DNA of 61,670 nucleotides, counting the filler, from Globobulimina sp. (taxonomy: Eukaryota): NCBI GenBank assembly GCA_003354225.1. It is 15 parts of 15 records of this genome, joined end to end, with 100 filler letters (N's around TTAATTAATTAA, not from the genome) between each part and the next. Parts side by side here need not be neighbours in the genome. Positions count along the whole stretch, not along the records: positions 1 to 4,022 come from PIVH01001722.1; positions 4,123 to 8,142 come from PIVH01001723.1; positions 8,243 to 12,262 come from PIVH01001724.1; 12 more parts are not named here. One strand, given 5' to 3'. Every line of letters starts with the position of its first letter. Position 1 is the first letter of the stretch. Below the pieces are notes generated by a model. It did not search any database, was not told where the DNA came from, and was given only the letters and a program-made list of their open reading frames with translations. Position numbers and translations under genes: made by a program. Below are positions 1 through 8,873 of this stretch, one piece after another.

Positions 1-134
1 TCTTCGCCGTCGCTGGCAACGGTCACGAAGCGAAAGGATTTAAACGGCACGATAAAACAGCCGTTATTCCCCTGCTTTTCAGAACTGGCCGCCGGGCCGT
101 GCTTCTGTCGGTGCTGTTCCGGAACTTTAAACAT
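1..134 (-). CDS. Phage hypothetical protein, DUF7694-like (3' truncated)
   Basis: Manual translation MFKVPEQHRQKHGPAASSEKQGNNGCFIVPFKSFRFVTVASDGE. The GNNG-F...VASDG pattern is typical of this phage family. The ATG overlaps the upstream TAA (TAATG). Confidence 0.55.
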   Translation of the reverse strand, partial: MFKVPEQHRQKHGPAASSEKQGNNGCFIVPFKSFRFVTVASDGE

Positions 135-277
135 TAAAAAGCCTTTCTCAACAAAGTATGAACCAGTATTATTAGAAATGTTAATGTAAGATAAAGTATC
201 AAAACAGTACCCAAATTATCCGCTAATGTTACGAGCAACGGCGTCATAAAAGGAATTTGTTGTAATAATTTAATCAT
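134..277 (-). CDS. Small 47-aa phage membrane peptide
   Basis: MIKLLQQIPFMTPLLVTLADNLGTVLILYLTLTFLIILVHTLLRKAF. It exactly fills the gap between its neighbours, with TAATG overlaps at both ends. Confidence 0.55.
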   Translation of the reverse strand: MIKLLQQIPFMTPLLVTLADNLGTVLILYLTLTFLIILVHTLLRKAF

Positions 278-774
278 TACGCCCCCTTTCTTAAAGACCG
301 GGCCAGGTCTTCCACCTCATTTTCTACATAATTGATATCTCTGTAAATATCGCCGCCAATCCAGGAAAAACCGCCGTATTGTTCTTTTAATCTCAGATAT
401 TCCGGCACAAAATCACCGACATGGGCGCAATCAAACCCCAGCCACCAAACCCGCTTATAGGCGATATTTGAACCATGGTGACAAATGACGCGCAGACCTT
501 TAAATTTGCTGCACATCCTGGAAAAAGTCAGTCCGCCATGGGGGACTATATCGGGGAAAAGTTCATATATGTCATCGTCATTGCGTTTATAGGCCGGATG
601 AAACCACGGCACACCAACATAACCGCACAATGCGCCCATATGGTTGCGGATAATCAGCCCGTCATAGCCTGCGGCTGTGATCCATTGTTTGCGGTCTGGC
701 TCTGCCTGCCATGGCCCCGCTGGCAATTTCTTTTTAAGCTGATAATCGCGGCACGCTTTTTTTTGCTTTTTCAT
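277..774 (-). CDS. Conserved phage hypothetical protein
   Basis: 165-aa ORF with GPWQxEPD, LCGYVGVP, HGGLTF and WWLGFDCAH motifs, common in phage accessory proteins. Confidence 0.75.
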   Translation of the reverse strand: MKKQKKACRDYQLKKKLPAGPWQAEPDRKQWITAAGYDGLIIRNHMGALCGYVGVPWFHPAYKRNDDDIYELFPDIVPHGGLTFSRMCSKFKGLRVICHHGSNIAYKRVWWLGFDCAHVGDFVPEYLRLKEQYGGFSWIGGDIYRDINYVENEVEDLARSLRKGA

Positions 775-783
775 AATTATTTC

Positions 784-882
784 CTATGGTACCAAATTAT
801 CTTCTTTTTCTTGGCGTTTCATGCACCAATCCATATATCTTTGATATAATTTATTAAAAAGCTTTTTAATAATATTTAACAT
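784..882 (-). CDS. Small 32-aa phage peptide
   Basis: MLNIIKKLFNKLYQRYMDWCMKRQEKEDNLVP. The ATG overlaps the TAA of the HTH gene. Confidence 0.4.
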   Translation of the reverse strand: MLNIIKKLFNKLYQRYMDWCMKRQEKEDNLVP

Positions 883-1100
883 TAGGTTTTCTCCTTCAAA
901 TTTATCTCGATACAAGACCCGGCGCCTTTTAAAATATCTTCGACTTTTTCAACCGTTGTGAGCGTCGGCACGGTGCGCCCTTTGACGGCATTATGCAAAC
1001 CCGCCAGTGTTACCCCTGTTAATTGAGCAAGAGCGGGCATCTTTATGCCGTACTTCAGCGCCCGCCATTCCCATGATTTCGGTATGTCGGTAAATTTCAT
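882..1100 (-). CDS. Cro/XRE-like helix-turn-helix regulator
   Basis: 72 aa; LAQLTGVTLAGLHNAVKGRTVPTLTTVEKV matches the XRE HTH pattern. RBS AAGGTG upstream. First gene off the divergent promoter region. Confidence 0.75.
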   Translation of the reverse strand: MKFTDIPKSWEWRALKYGIKMPALAQLTGVTLAGLHNAVKGRTVPTLTTVEKVEDILKGAGSCIEINLKEKT

Positions 1101-1128
1101 TTAATCACCTTTCTATATGACTACGGTA

Positions 1129-1212
1129 AATATACATATATTTTTGCATAAGACAACTAATAAAATTTAATTCGCATTTTTATCTTGCGTTATAAATTAA
1201 AGTATATATATT
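1129..1212. promoter_or_regulatory. Back-to-back sigma70-like promoters
   Basis: Plus strand: TTGCGT(1185-1190)-N16-TATATT(1207-1212). Minus strand: TTGTCT(1156-1151)-N16-TATATT(1134-1129). AT-rich gap between divergent operons. Confidence 0.55.
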
Positions 1213-1233
1213 AAGCGTTGAAAGGAACAACAT

Positions 1234-1341
1234 ATGAAATCAATTACACAAGAAACACGCATTTTGGCCGGGGTTATATTAGCCTTCTCTTTTATTGCGA
1301 TGCTTTATGCCATATTATTGACAATAGGAGGATCTTTCTAA
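1234..1341 (+). CDS. 35-aa single-TM phage peptide
   Basis: MKSITQETRILAGVILAFSFIAMLYAILLTIGGSF; RBS AAAGGA; TAATG overlap with the next gene. Confidence 0.55.
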   Translation: MKSITQETRILAGVILAFSFIAMLYAILLTIGGSF

Positions 1342-1601
1342 TGTCTATGAATATTTCATTTAGCGCCGAAATCGGAAACAATGAATTTGAAATTGAAGCC
1401 GAAATTTCGGAACCATCCGACGATTTTTTAAACGGCGATTTACCGCCTGAAGGCCCGGACGTTGAAAGCATTGACGTTTATTTTGGCGGCGCTCTGTTGG
1501 ATATAAGCAGTTTTGCTTTTCTGACCTATCGCAACAAGCCGCAAAATCTGGACGATTATCTGGCGGAACTGGCAATTGAACAGTATGAAAGGCTGAACTA
1601 A
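1341..1601 (+). CDS. Small very acidic phage protein (86 aa)
   Basis: The true start is likely ATG 1341 (AGGAGG RBS upstream), not 1218. 19 D/E versus 3 K/R. Confidence 0.7.
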   Translation: MSMNISFSAEIGNNEFEIEAEISEPSDDFLNGDLPPEGPDVESIDVYFGGALLDISSFAFLTYRNKPQNLDDYLAELAIEQYERLN

Positions 1602-2362
1602 TGGGAAATTCTGTTACAAACTTACAAACAAGCAATCCGGCAATTTACACGCCGATGGACCTTTTAACCCAAGCCAGCAATAACGGCGCACCGCTGGAAA
1701 CACTCGAAAAATACATGGATATGCATGACCGCTGGGAAGCGGGCAACGCTAAAAAATCCTATCTGGTGGCCATGAATGATTTTAAAACCGACCCGCCGGT
1801 TATCCTTAAAACGAAACAGGTTAGGTTTGATACTAGGTCCGGCGATAGTGTCGGATACAAACACGCGGAACTTGGCCGCATTTGCGATTTAATCATTCCG
1901 GCGCTGTCTGCTCATGGCATAACCCATTGTTGGCAAACCCACCAGCCGGACGCCGGAACAATTGAAGTCACCTGCATTTTAACCCATGTAGACGGCCATT
2001 GTGAGAAAACCAAATTAAAAGGGCCGCCCGAAACGTCTGGCACCAAAAACAGCCTGCAAGCGATATCGTCAACCATCACCACGCTTGAACGTTATACCCT
2101 GCTTGCAGCGGTCGGCCTGGCCGCCTCTGATCAAGATGACGATGGCGCGGGCGCCGTTGACGGTTTCGGCGGTGTGTCCCGGTTTATCGATGAAAAACAG
2201 AAAGATATCTTGCTGGATAAAATGCGCGACGTTGGCGCCGATACCAAAGGTTTTCTAAACAGTTGCCGGGTTGAAACAATTGACCAGCTACCAAAAGATA
2301 AATTCCAGGGCGCATTGAACCGCCTGAACGCTAAAGGCGCTTTAAAAAGAGGAAAAAAATAA
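1601..2362 (+). CDS. ERF-family single-strand annealing protein
   Basis: HAELGRICDLIIPALSAHGI...VTCILTHVDGH...QAISSTITTLERYTLLAAVGLA...DDDG matches the ERF signature. Directly upstream of the exonuclease. Confidence 0.85.
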   Translation: MGNSVTNLQTSNPAIYTPMDLLTQASNNGAPLETLEKYMDMHDRWEAGNAKKSYLVAMNDFKTDPPVILKTKQVRFDTRSGDSVGYKHAELGRICDLIIPALSAHGITHCWQTHQPDAGTIEVTCILTHVDGHCEKTKLKGPPETSGTKNSLQAISSTITTLERYTLLAAVGLAASDQDDDGAGAVDGFGGVSRFIDEKQKDILLDKMRDVGADTKGFLNSCRVETIDQLPKDKFQGALNRLNAKGALKRGKK

Positions 2363-2991
2363 TGATTGTCCATGATGTAGAACAAAACAGTCCCGAATGG
2401 TACGCCTTGCGCGCCGGTATTCCAACCGCTTCAGCTTTTTCCCGTCTGGTAACACCAAAAGGAAAACCATCAACCCAAATAGAAGGCTATGCGATGACAC
2501 TGGCCGGTGAAAAATTCGCCGGTAAACAGGTTGACCCGTTTATGGGCAACGACTGGACAAATCGCGGCCACCTATTAGAAGAAGAGGCAACCGAATATTA
2601 CGAATTTGTCACCGGTAAAACAGTGGAAAAATCCGGCTTTATTACCGATAATAAAAAACGCGCCGGGTGTTCACCTGATCGCCTGATTGGCAAAGGCGGC
2701 CTTTTGGAAATCAAATGCCTGAAGGGCGAAAACCACATTAAGGCCGTGATGCATATCAAAGAAAATAATACCTGTCCCGATGATTATTATCTGCAAGTTC
2801 AGGGCCAATTGCTGGTGTGCGGAAAACGCTTTGTTGACGTGCTGTTTTATCACCCCTTGTTACCGTCTAAATTTGTTCGGGTTTATAAAGTTCCGGAAAC
2901 GCAAAAACTTTTACGCAAACAATTAAAACTGGTCAATAAACGCCGCGACAAAATATATTCTTTTTTGTCAGACGACAAAATGGCCGCATAA
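2362..2991 (+). CDS. YqaJ/lambda-exonuclease family protein
   Basis: QNSPEWYALRAGIPTAS, RGHLLEEEA, GCSPDRLI-GLLEIKC (PD-(D/E)xK) and QVQGQL motifs. Confidence 0.92.
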   Translation: MIVHDVEQNSPEWYALRAGIPTASAFSRLVTPKGKPSTQIEGYAMTLAGEKFAGKQVDPFMGNDWTNRGHLLEEEATEYYEFVTGKTVEKSGFITDNKKRAGCSPDRLIGKGGLLEIKCLKGENHIKAVMHIKENNTCPDDYYLQVQGQLLVCGKRFVDVLFYHPLLPSKFVRVYKVPETQKLLRKQLKLVNKRRDKIYSFLSDDKMAA

Positions 2992-2997
2992 AACAAC

Positions 2998-3023
2998 AGG
3001 CGCCCCCACCGGGCGCCTTTTTT
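2998..3023 (+). terminator. Rho-independent terminator, probably bidirectional
   Basis: AGGCGCCC-CCACC-GGGCGCCT stem-loop followed by a T run, between convergent genes. Confidence 0.85.
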
Positions 3024-3027
3024 ATTG

Positions 3028-4022
3028 TCAAAGCTCTGCTTCTGCCGTCGCTTGAACACCGTGATAACTGCCTGTTGCTGTACCTTGTAGCGCGGCACCA
3101 TTCGCAAGTTGACATCCTGACGCCGATATTAATGCCCCCGAACAAGCGATGTCTGCGCCCCCTGATGTTAAATTTGCATCTGAATTCGTTGTCATTTGTC
3201 CAGATGCACCCGTATCTGGAGAATATGTCGTTATCGTAGGAATTGCCAACATTTCTACAGGGAAACGCCAATCAGGGGAAAATATGTTAATATTTGTCGC
3301 AAGATACCCGCGAACGCGAAGGGCGCCATTCCCGACATTTGGAGTTCCTGGAATAGCGGCCATTGCATAAGTTTTAGAAAAATACCGCTGTGCCAAAGAA
3401 AGTTCACCGCCCAGGGTTCCCCTGGATGCGAGACTAAATTCTGTAGAGATAAGCCCAAATTCAGGTTTTAAAAATGTTATCTGTATTGTGTAGGTTGACG
3501 CCGCCGGAAAGAAAAGGCCAAACCTGAGATAATTACCTACCCCTATGGTTTTCCCTGAAACTGAAGGGATGGCAAATGTTACCGTGAATTCCTGCCAGGT
3601 TGTTGTGAATGTTACGGGACTTCCAGACGCAGCAACGGACGCAGAGCCACCAGAGCCAAAATTTTGTAATGTCCGAGGAATAATACTTTCTGTGCCAGAG
3701 GTTACGCGCCCCCAATAGGTAAATGTTATATTTCCATCCGAATGCATTTCAACATCTTCAATTCTTTGCAGTGTATTAGGCTCAAGTGTTGCTGATCCCG
3801 ATGATTGTACATGCTGAAGATAAAACTGCGCACCTGGGACGTCTGTTTGTCCTATCGTGAATTCTTCCTGTGTTATCGTTCCCGCCCCGCCGTCACTTGT
3901 CCGAAGATCAGAATAAAACCTGTCCAAAGTGTAGCCTGTGGCCGTAAAGGACAAGCCTCGCTGTGCAATGGCCATGTCACCATTAATAAACAAATTGCGA
4001 TTGATGTAGGCATCGGCATTAA
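3028..4022 (-). CDS. Phage tail-fibre/structural protein with carbohydrate-binding-like domain (5' truncated)
   Basis: The frame is open to the contig end. NRNLFINGDMAIAQRG...DRF...QRIEDV...ELSLAQRYF...AEAEL is a common tail-fibre C-terminal module. Confidence 0.7.
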
Positions 4023-4122
4023 NNNNNNNNNNNNNNNNNNNNNNNNNNNNNNNNNNNNNNNNNNNNTTAATTAATTAANNNNNNNNNNNNNNNNNNNNNN
4101 NNNNNNNNNNNNNNNNNNNNNN
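4023..4122. other. Artificial contig spacer (first of 14)
   Basis: 44 N + TTAATTAATTAA (stops in all six frames) + 44 N. Repeated at 8143, 12263, 16382, 20501, 24619, 28737, 32855, 36973, 41090, 45207, 49323, 53439 and 57555. Confidence 0.99.
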
Positions 4123-4570
4123 GGACGGTTTTTGAGCGTAAAGTGTGGAATGGCTCATCGGGAATGTTATTATAATCTATATTTGAGTCGTTTGTGTTTG
4201 GTGTTCTTTTGCCATTCTTGGTCTTTTTGTTGCCATTCATTTGTGGCATAGCACCCATGGCAGAGCGTATCCATTCATCTCTTTCGGATGAGGTATTGCA
4301 TGAAAATTCATATTTCTTTTTTTTTGAGGTCGTGAGTTTGAATCCAAAACTTTTGTTACCGTTATGACTGTTTTTATGATTTTCACATATTTTGATCAAT
4401 GATTTGGAAATTATGGCTTTTTTTTTGGTAAAATAGGAGGCTTTGTCTGTGAATAATGATAATTCGCCGGGTGATCCTTGGTTTGATTTAATTACTAAAT
4501 AACATGAGATCCATTTACTTCCAAATGCTTTCTTCTCGCAATATTGAATCGCACCGGTCTTTTTGCTCAT
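4123..4570 (-). CDS. PH-domain protein (3' truncated)
   Basis: N-terminal KKAFGSKWISCYLVI...LSLF...YEFSCNTSSERDEWIRSA follows the PH-fold pattern. Confidence 0.7.
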
Positions 4571-4688
4571 GCTTCTTCAAAACAAAAGCGTTTATTATAA
4601 CTATTTAATTTCCGTTGGAAAACACTCAAAAATCCTAATCAACAATCCGATGTACAAACTTTTGTTCAAAGTATTTAGTTTATCAGGC

Positions 4689-6308
4689 ATGCCACGCAAA
4701 TTGCTTATGATTTTGTGTTTGGGCACACTGTGTATTATATCTGTGTATTTATTGCAAACAATATCAAACAAATTCAATGGTATCATTGCACCCAACGATG
4801 TACATATTGACAAAACATGGATTTCAAACACCAGACTGCTTAATCTTGTCAACATAGACCCAAAATCACGTATTCAGCAACATATTTTGAAACAAAAAGT
4901 AGCAAATGCCACAAGTCAAGAAAACAACAACTCACAACATTACGATGAAATTCACAAAAGTATAAAAAATCAGAGACAAGAAAATCGCGGCAACTATCAC
5001 TCAACACGCGACTCTCACATACAACATGAAGCTGTTAACATAATTAAAAACATCACGCAACATACACCTGGAAAGAAACGCATTTCTTCGTACCATCAAA
5101 AAGCCCGTATGCATGAAAAAAAACGTACCACAGCTCAAGTATTCAAAGAATCATATTCATATTGCAATATTACGACAGTTCCATCGCTATCTAAGCTATT
5201 AATTGCAAAGAATAAATATTTGGCGGCGCCAGAAACTAAAGTGACAATGGAACAATTGTTTAGATTAAGAACAGAAAAGCCAGAGCCATGCAATCCAAAT
5301 AGGAAACATTCAGATCATTTGAATGCACTCAATGTGGATTTGGATAATAACTTAGTTCCGTTCATTAATCGTTGTAAAGTGAAAGGATATAAGCGACAGC
5401 CGGATTTGTTTGAATATTACGGTCATTCCAGCACAAAAATTGGCTATCTCCATATATTCAAATCCGGCGGAACCACAGTGATACAGACATGGGATAATTT
5501 GGTGGAATACCTGCAAAGACCGAAGCGAGCCATCAAAGTACATTGGAGAGACTGGAACGCTGTGAAACGATTTCCTAAACCTCTCCTATGGATGAAGGGT
5601 AGGACACATTTTTACGGCATTTTGGACAAACAATATACGTTTTCATTTGTACGTGACCCAATACGCCGTTTTTTATCGAGCTTTTTTGAATATGTGCTTC
5701 GACAAAGCGATCGCGTGGAAATTATGTATATGGATAAAATACGGGATAATAATACTAAACCCATCCATTTATTGAATGAGTTGGCTTTCATTATGGAACA
5801 TAGAATGAAGTGTGAATATAAAAAGGAAGCTGGCATAAATGCGATGAATATATACTGGGACGACCACTTAATTCCGCAAATGCATTTCTTGTTAAATGAT
5901 GAATGGAATGCATATTCTTTAAATTATGTTGGTCATATTCAAAATATGCAAGATTCGCTTTATAAGATTTTGCTGGAATTTAATGATATCTCCACAGATA
6001 AGGTTTCGTTTAAAGACTATAAACAACGCTTTTTTCAACACGAAAGAGATCGACATGACAATAAATATCAACAACAAAATGATAAAGCAAGGCATTCTGA
6101 GAAAAGATTGAAAAAAGATCATCTTTCTGTTTCTGATTTGGTTGTGGAAAAAGACGAATTAAGTGATGAATTAATTCAATTAATTTGTAATATATATTGG
6201 TTGGATTATATTTGTATTCCGTTTGATATTCCAGTACAATGTAACTTAACTGATTTATTTTTGCAACATTATGGGAAACATGTGGTTTATAATGAATGTT
6301 ATCAGTAA
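4689..6308 (+). CDS. Golgi-type sulfotransferase (Sulfotransfer_2 family), type II membrane protein
   Basis: N-terminal TM after MPRKLL; PAPS-binding motifs YLHIFKSGGTT and FSFVRDPIRRFLSSF; HLIPQ. Confidence 0.85.
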   Translation: MPRKLLMILCLGTLCIISVYLLQTISNKFNGIIAPNDVHIDKTWISNTRLLNLVNIDPKSRIQQHILKQKVANATSQENNNSQHYDEIHKSIKNQRQENRGNYHSTRDSHIQHEAVNIIKNITQHTPGKKRISSYHQKARMHEKKRTTAQVFKESYSYCNITTVPSLSKLLIAKNKYLAAPETKVTMEQLFRLRTEKPEPCNPNRKHSDHLNALNVDLDNNLVPFINRCKVKGYKRQPDLFEYYGHSSTKIGYLHIFKSGGTTVIQTWDNLVEYLQRPKRAIKVHWRDWNAVKRFPKPLLWMKGRTHFYGILDKQYTFSFVRDPIRRFLSSFFEYVLRQSDRVEIMYMDKIRDNNTKPIHLLNELAFIMEHRMKCEYKKEAGINAMNIYWDDHLIPQMHFLLNDEWNAYSLNYVGHIQNMQDSLYKILLEFNDISTDKVSFKDYKQRFFQHERDRHDNKYQQQNDKARHSEKRLKKDHLSVSDLVVEKDELSDELIQLICNIYWLDYICIPFDIPVQCNLTDLFLQHYGKHVVYNECYQ

Positions 6309-6538
6309 ATTAACAAATTATTTATGTTTTGGTTTGCGTTATTTATTATATATTACTTTCCCTGTAAGCATCTTGACTAACAATCGAAATAACCTTTTTG
6401 CACTTTTTATTATGATATGGAAATAACAGCAATTTTTATCCTTCAGTATAGGATAGAAGAATTAATTCAATTGCTGAATGGACAAAAAAATAATAAACAA
6501 TTTCAAGACTGCATTTCAAGTTTCGAAGATTAAACATA

Positions 6539-7759
6539 TTAATAATCACCAAATCGTCCCTCTCCCCAGGAACTTTCATAAATATCTTTGTATATTTCAT
6601 TTTTGGTTGTTTTTTGAACGGCATACTTCACTTTTCTCACTACATCAATATGCTTATGCAGCATACTTTTTATTTCCGATATATCTCGCGTTAAATGCAT
6701 ATATTTCCGATTAAAATTAGACACCGTGGGTCCACAATGCGCACCTGCAAAAAAATCAAAACCACTATGATGTCGTTCAAAAAATTCGCGTAATGCCTTC
6801 TTCAACACGCACTTCTGTAATACAATATTATCCTCATTCGCAGACACATCCCGCTTCAATTCTTGTTCAAATATCCATTCTTGTAATTCCTTTTGAAGTT
6901 GTTTGCATTTCAGATTATAACATCTCTTTCTTTGACTATTTATTGCTGCAATCTCAAGTGATGACAAACTGGATATCATAAAAATGTCACCATATTTATT
7001 TTTTGCCACTTGTATGACATCAGAGTGCAATAAATATGTTCTTCCAATCTTTTTGGATTGGCAGCAATATAAATCATAATCAGACAACTTATATTTTCTT
7101 CTGGCGTGCACCCAATATATGCCCTGTGCTTGCGAGTATATATCAAAACACATTTTGCAAATCGGAAATTCCCAACATATCATATTCTGCGCCATAAGCG
7201 GCACACCGCCATAATCACCATTTGGTGCATAAATATCATCAAATGTATTCACACGGAAACATCGCAAACAACTTTTCTTTAGAAACGGTACCATATTAAT
7301 CAAGCGTAATGATGTGGGCATTTGTTGAGGGTTTAACTGCAAAACATTAATGCATAGTGAATTTAAAAATGTCTCTTTATGCAGTAAATGATGCCACCAT
7401 TTACAAACAGATGGTAGCGACACATACATTGTTTGTGGGTGTAACATTAAAAAACAATATTGCTGGATATGATCAGGCAGTGATAAAATGGATATTACAT
7501 TACTATTATTTGCGATTTTTGGTGGAGATATCCAATATTTCTTGATCAGGTTATTAATTAATTGCTTGTTTTGCTTAATATATGATTTTGATACATTCAA
7601 TTTGGATTGCAACGCCACGCGAACTTTCTTTTTTGTTGGTTCCGAGATCTCATCGTTTTCATAAATAGCTTTCAATGCGCTCTCAATTAGTTTCCCATTT
7701 ATTGCATCTTGTTGAGCCTCAAATTCTTTCCTTGTTCGTTTCCGCTTTTTACGGTCCAT
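6539..7759 (-). CDS. F-box protein with DEK-C-like N-terminus and XPA-like C-terminal region
   Basis: ILSLPDHIQQYCF...LPSVCKWWH (F-box); TKKKVRVALQSKL (DEK_C-like); CLRC..CKMC plus ARRKYKLSDYDL..YLLHSDVIQVAKNKYG (XPA-C-like). Confidence 0.55.
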   Translation of the reverse strand: MDRKKRKRTRKEFEAQQDAINGKLIESALKAIYENDEISEPTKKKVRVALQSKLNVSKSYIKQNKQLINNLIKKYWISPPKIANNSNVISILSLPDHIQQYCFLMLHPQTMYVSLPSVCKWWHHLLHKETFLNSLCINVLQLNPQQMPTSLRLINMVPFLKKSCLRCFRVNTFDDIYAPNGDYGGVPLMAQNMICWEFPICKMCFDIYSQAQGIYWVHARRKYKLSDYDLYCCQSKKIGRTYLLHSDVIQVAKNKYGDIFMISSLSSLEIAAINSQRKRCYNLKCKQLQKELQEWIFEQELKRDVSANEDNIVLQKCVLKKALREFFERHHSGFDFFAGAHCGPTVSNFNRKYMHLTRDISEIKSMLHKHIDVVRKVKYAVQKTTKNEIYKDIYESSWGEGRFGDY

Positions 7760-8873
7760 TAAGTTTGCTTAACATTTATTTTTTGTAAAAAACCTTAACC
7801 AGACTAGAACGTAAATGGAATACAAAGCAGGTTCAGCAATCTCGCAAGCAAAAGATCTTATTGGCATTCAACTTGGTTCGAGTGTAATCACATTCTTTTT
7901 AAACACATTGATTGCGAGGTATTAAAATCAATTAAATATTCACTTAATTTAATTTGCAACATCATTTCCATCCATATACTTTTTATGCATTAAATAAGAG
8001 CGGTTGGACCAGAAATATTTGGTATCGCCAATGTTGAATTTTATGTGGTGTACTCTGCAGCACAATTCTTGTCAAGAGAATATGTCCGCAAATCCTCAAT
8101 AATATTTACTAAAAATACACAACAAACATCACAACGTCAGATNNNNNNNNNNNNNNNNNNNNNNNNNNNNNNNNNNNNNNNNNNNNTTAATTAATTAANN
8201 NNNNNNNNNNNNNNNNNNNNNNNNNNNNNNNNNNNNNNNNNNTTAACAAACTTTCTTTTTGTATATAATTTGTAATTTGTTGTCATCGGATCTTTTATGT
8301 TTTGTAATATAACTTGTGTTCTGATCTTGAAAAGATTTATATTTATCAGAATTGCTGCGTTATTTGATTCACAATGTCGATCATAATCATCATATGAATA
8401 TTTGTTATCAATCTGTTCGTGCAACTTTCTGAGTATTATTGTGTGCGATTTGTCATTTGTTATGGTATCAAAAAAAAGAACCATCTAAAAGTAATTATGA
8501 ACATAAAAATACTGACAATTATGATCTTTCTGGTCTAAGAATAGAAAACAAATAACAGATGATTATTTAGAGTGTGTTTTGTTTAGTTGCCAAAAACAAA
8601 AAACCTTCGGCTTTCCTGTGAACTGTGATACAACACATGTGCCCTTGCTGGTTCGTATAATCATTTTCGTCATTTTATTTCAGATCGACGTCATTAACGT
8701 CACATTATTGATTGTTACATCACAAACCAATAATAATAACAAAACAAAATTTGAATTTGCATCTAAGAAAATTCAAAAAATAAACAATAAATTTACGCGT
8801 TTACCCTTCCTAAATTATTGTTTATTTGCAGTACAAATTTAACCAAACATAAAATACAATAAACATTTATCAC

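Noticed and set aside
1218-1340. 127-aa ORF start at TTG 1218
   Set aside because: Better explained by a separate 35-aa ORF plus ATG 1341 with an AGGAGG RBS.
3028-4570. Phage genes next to eukaryotic genes as HGT or an endogenous virus
   Set aside because: They are separated by an artificial spacer, so there is no physical linkage.
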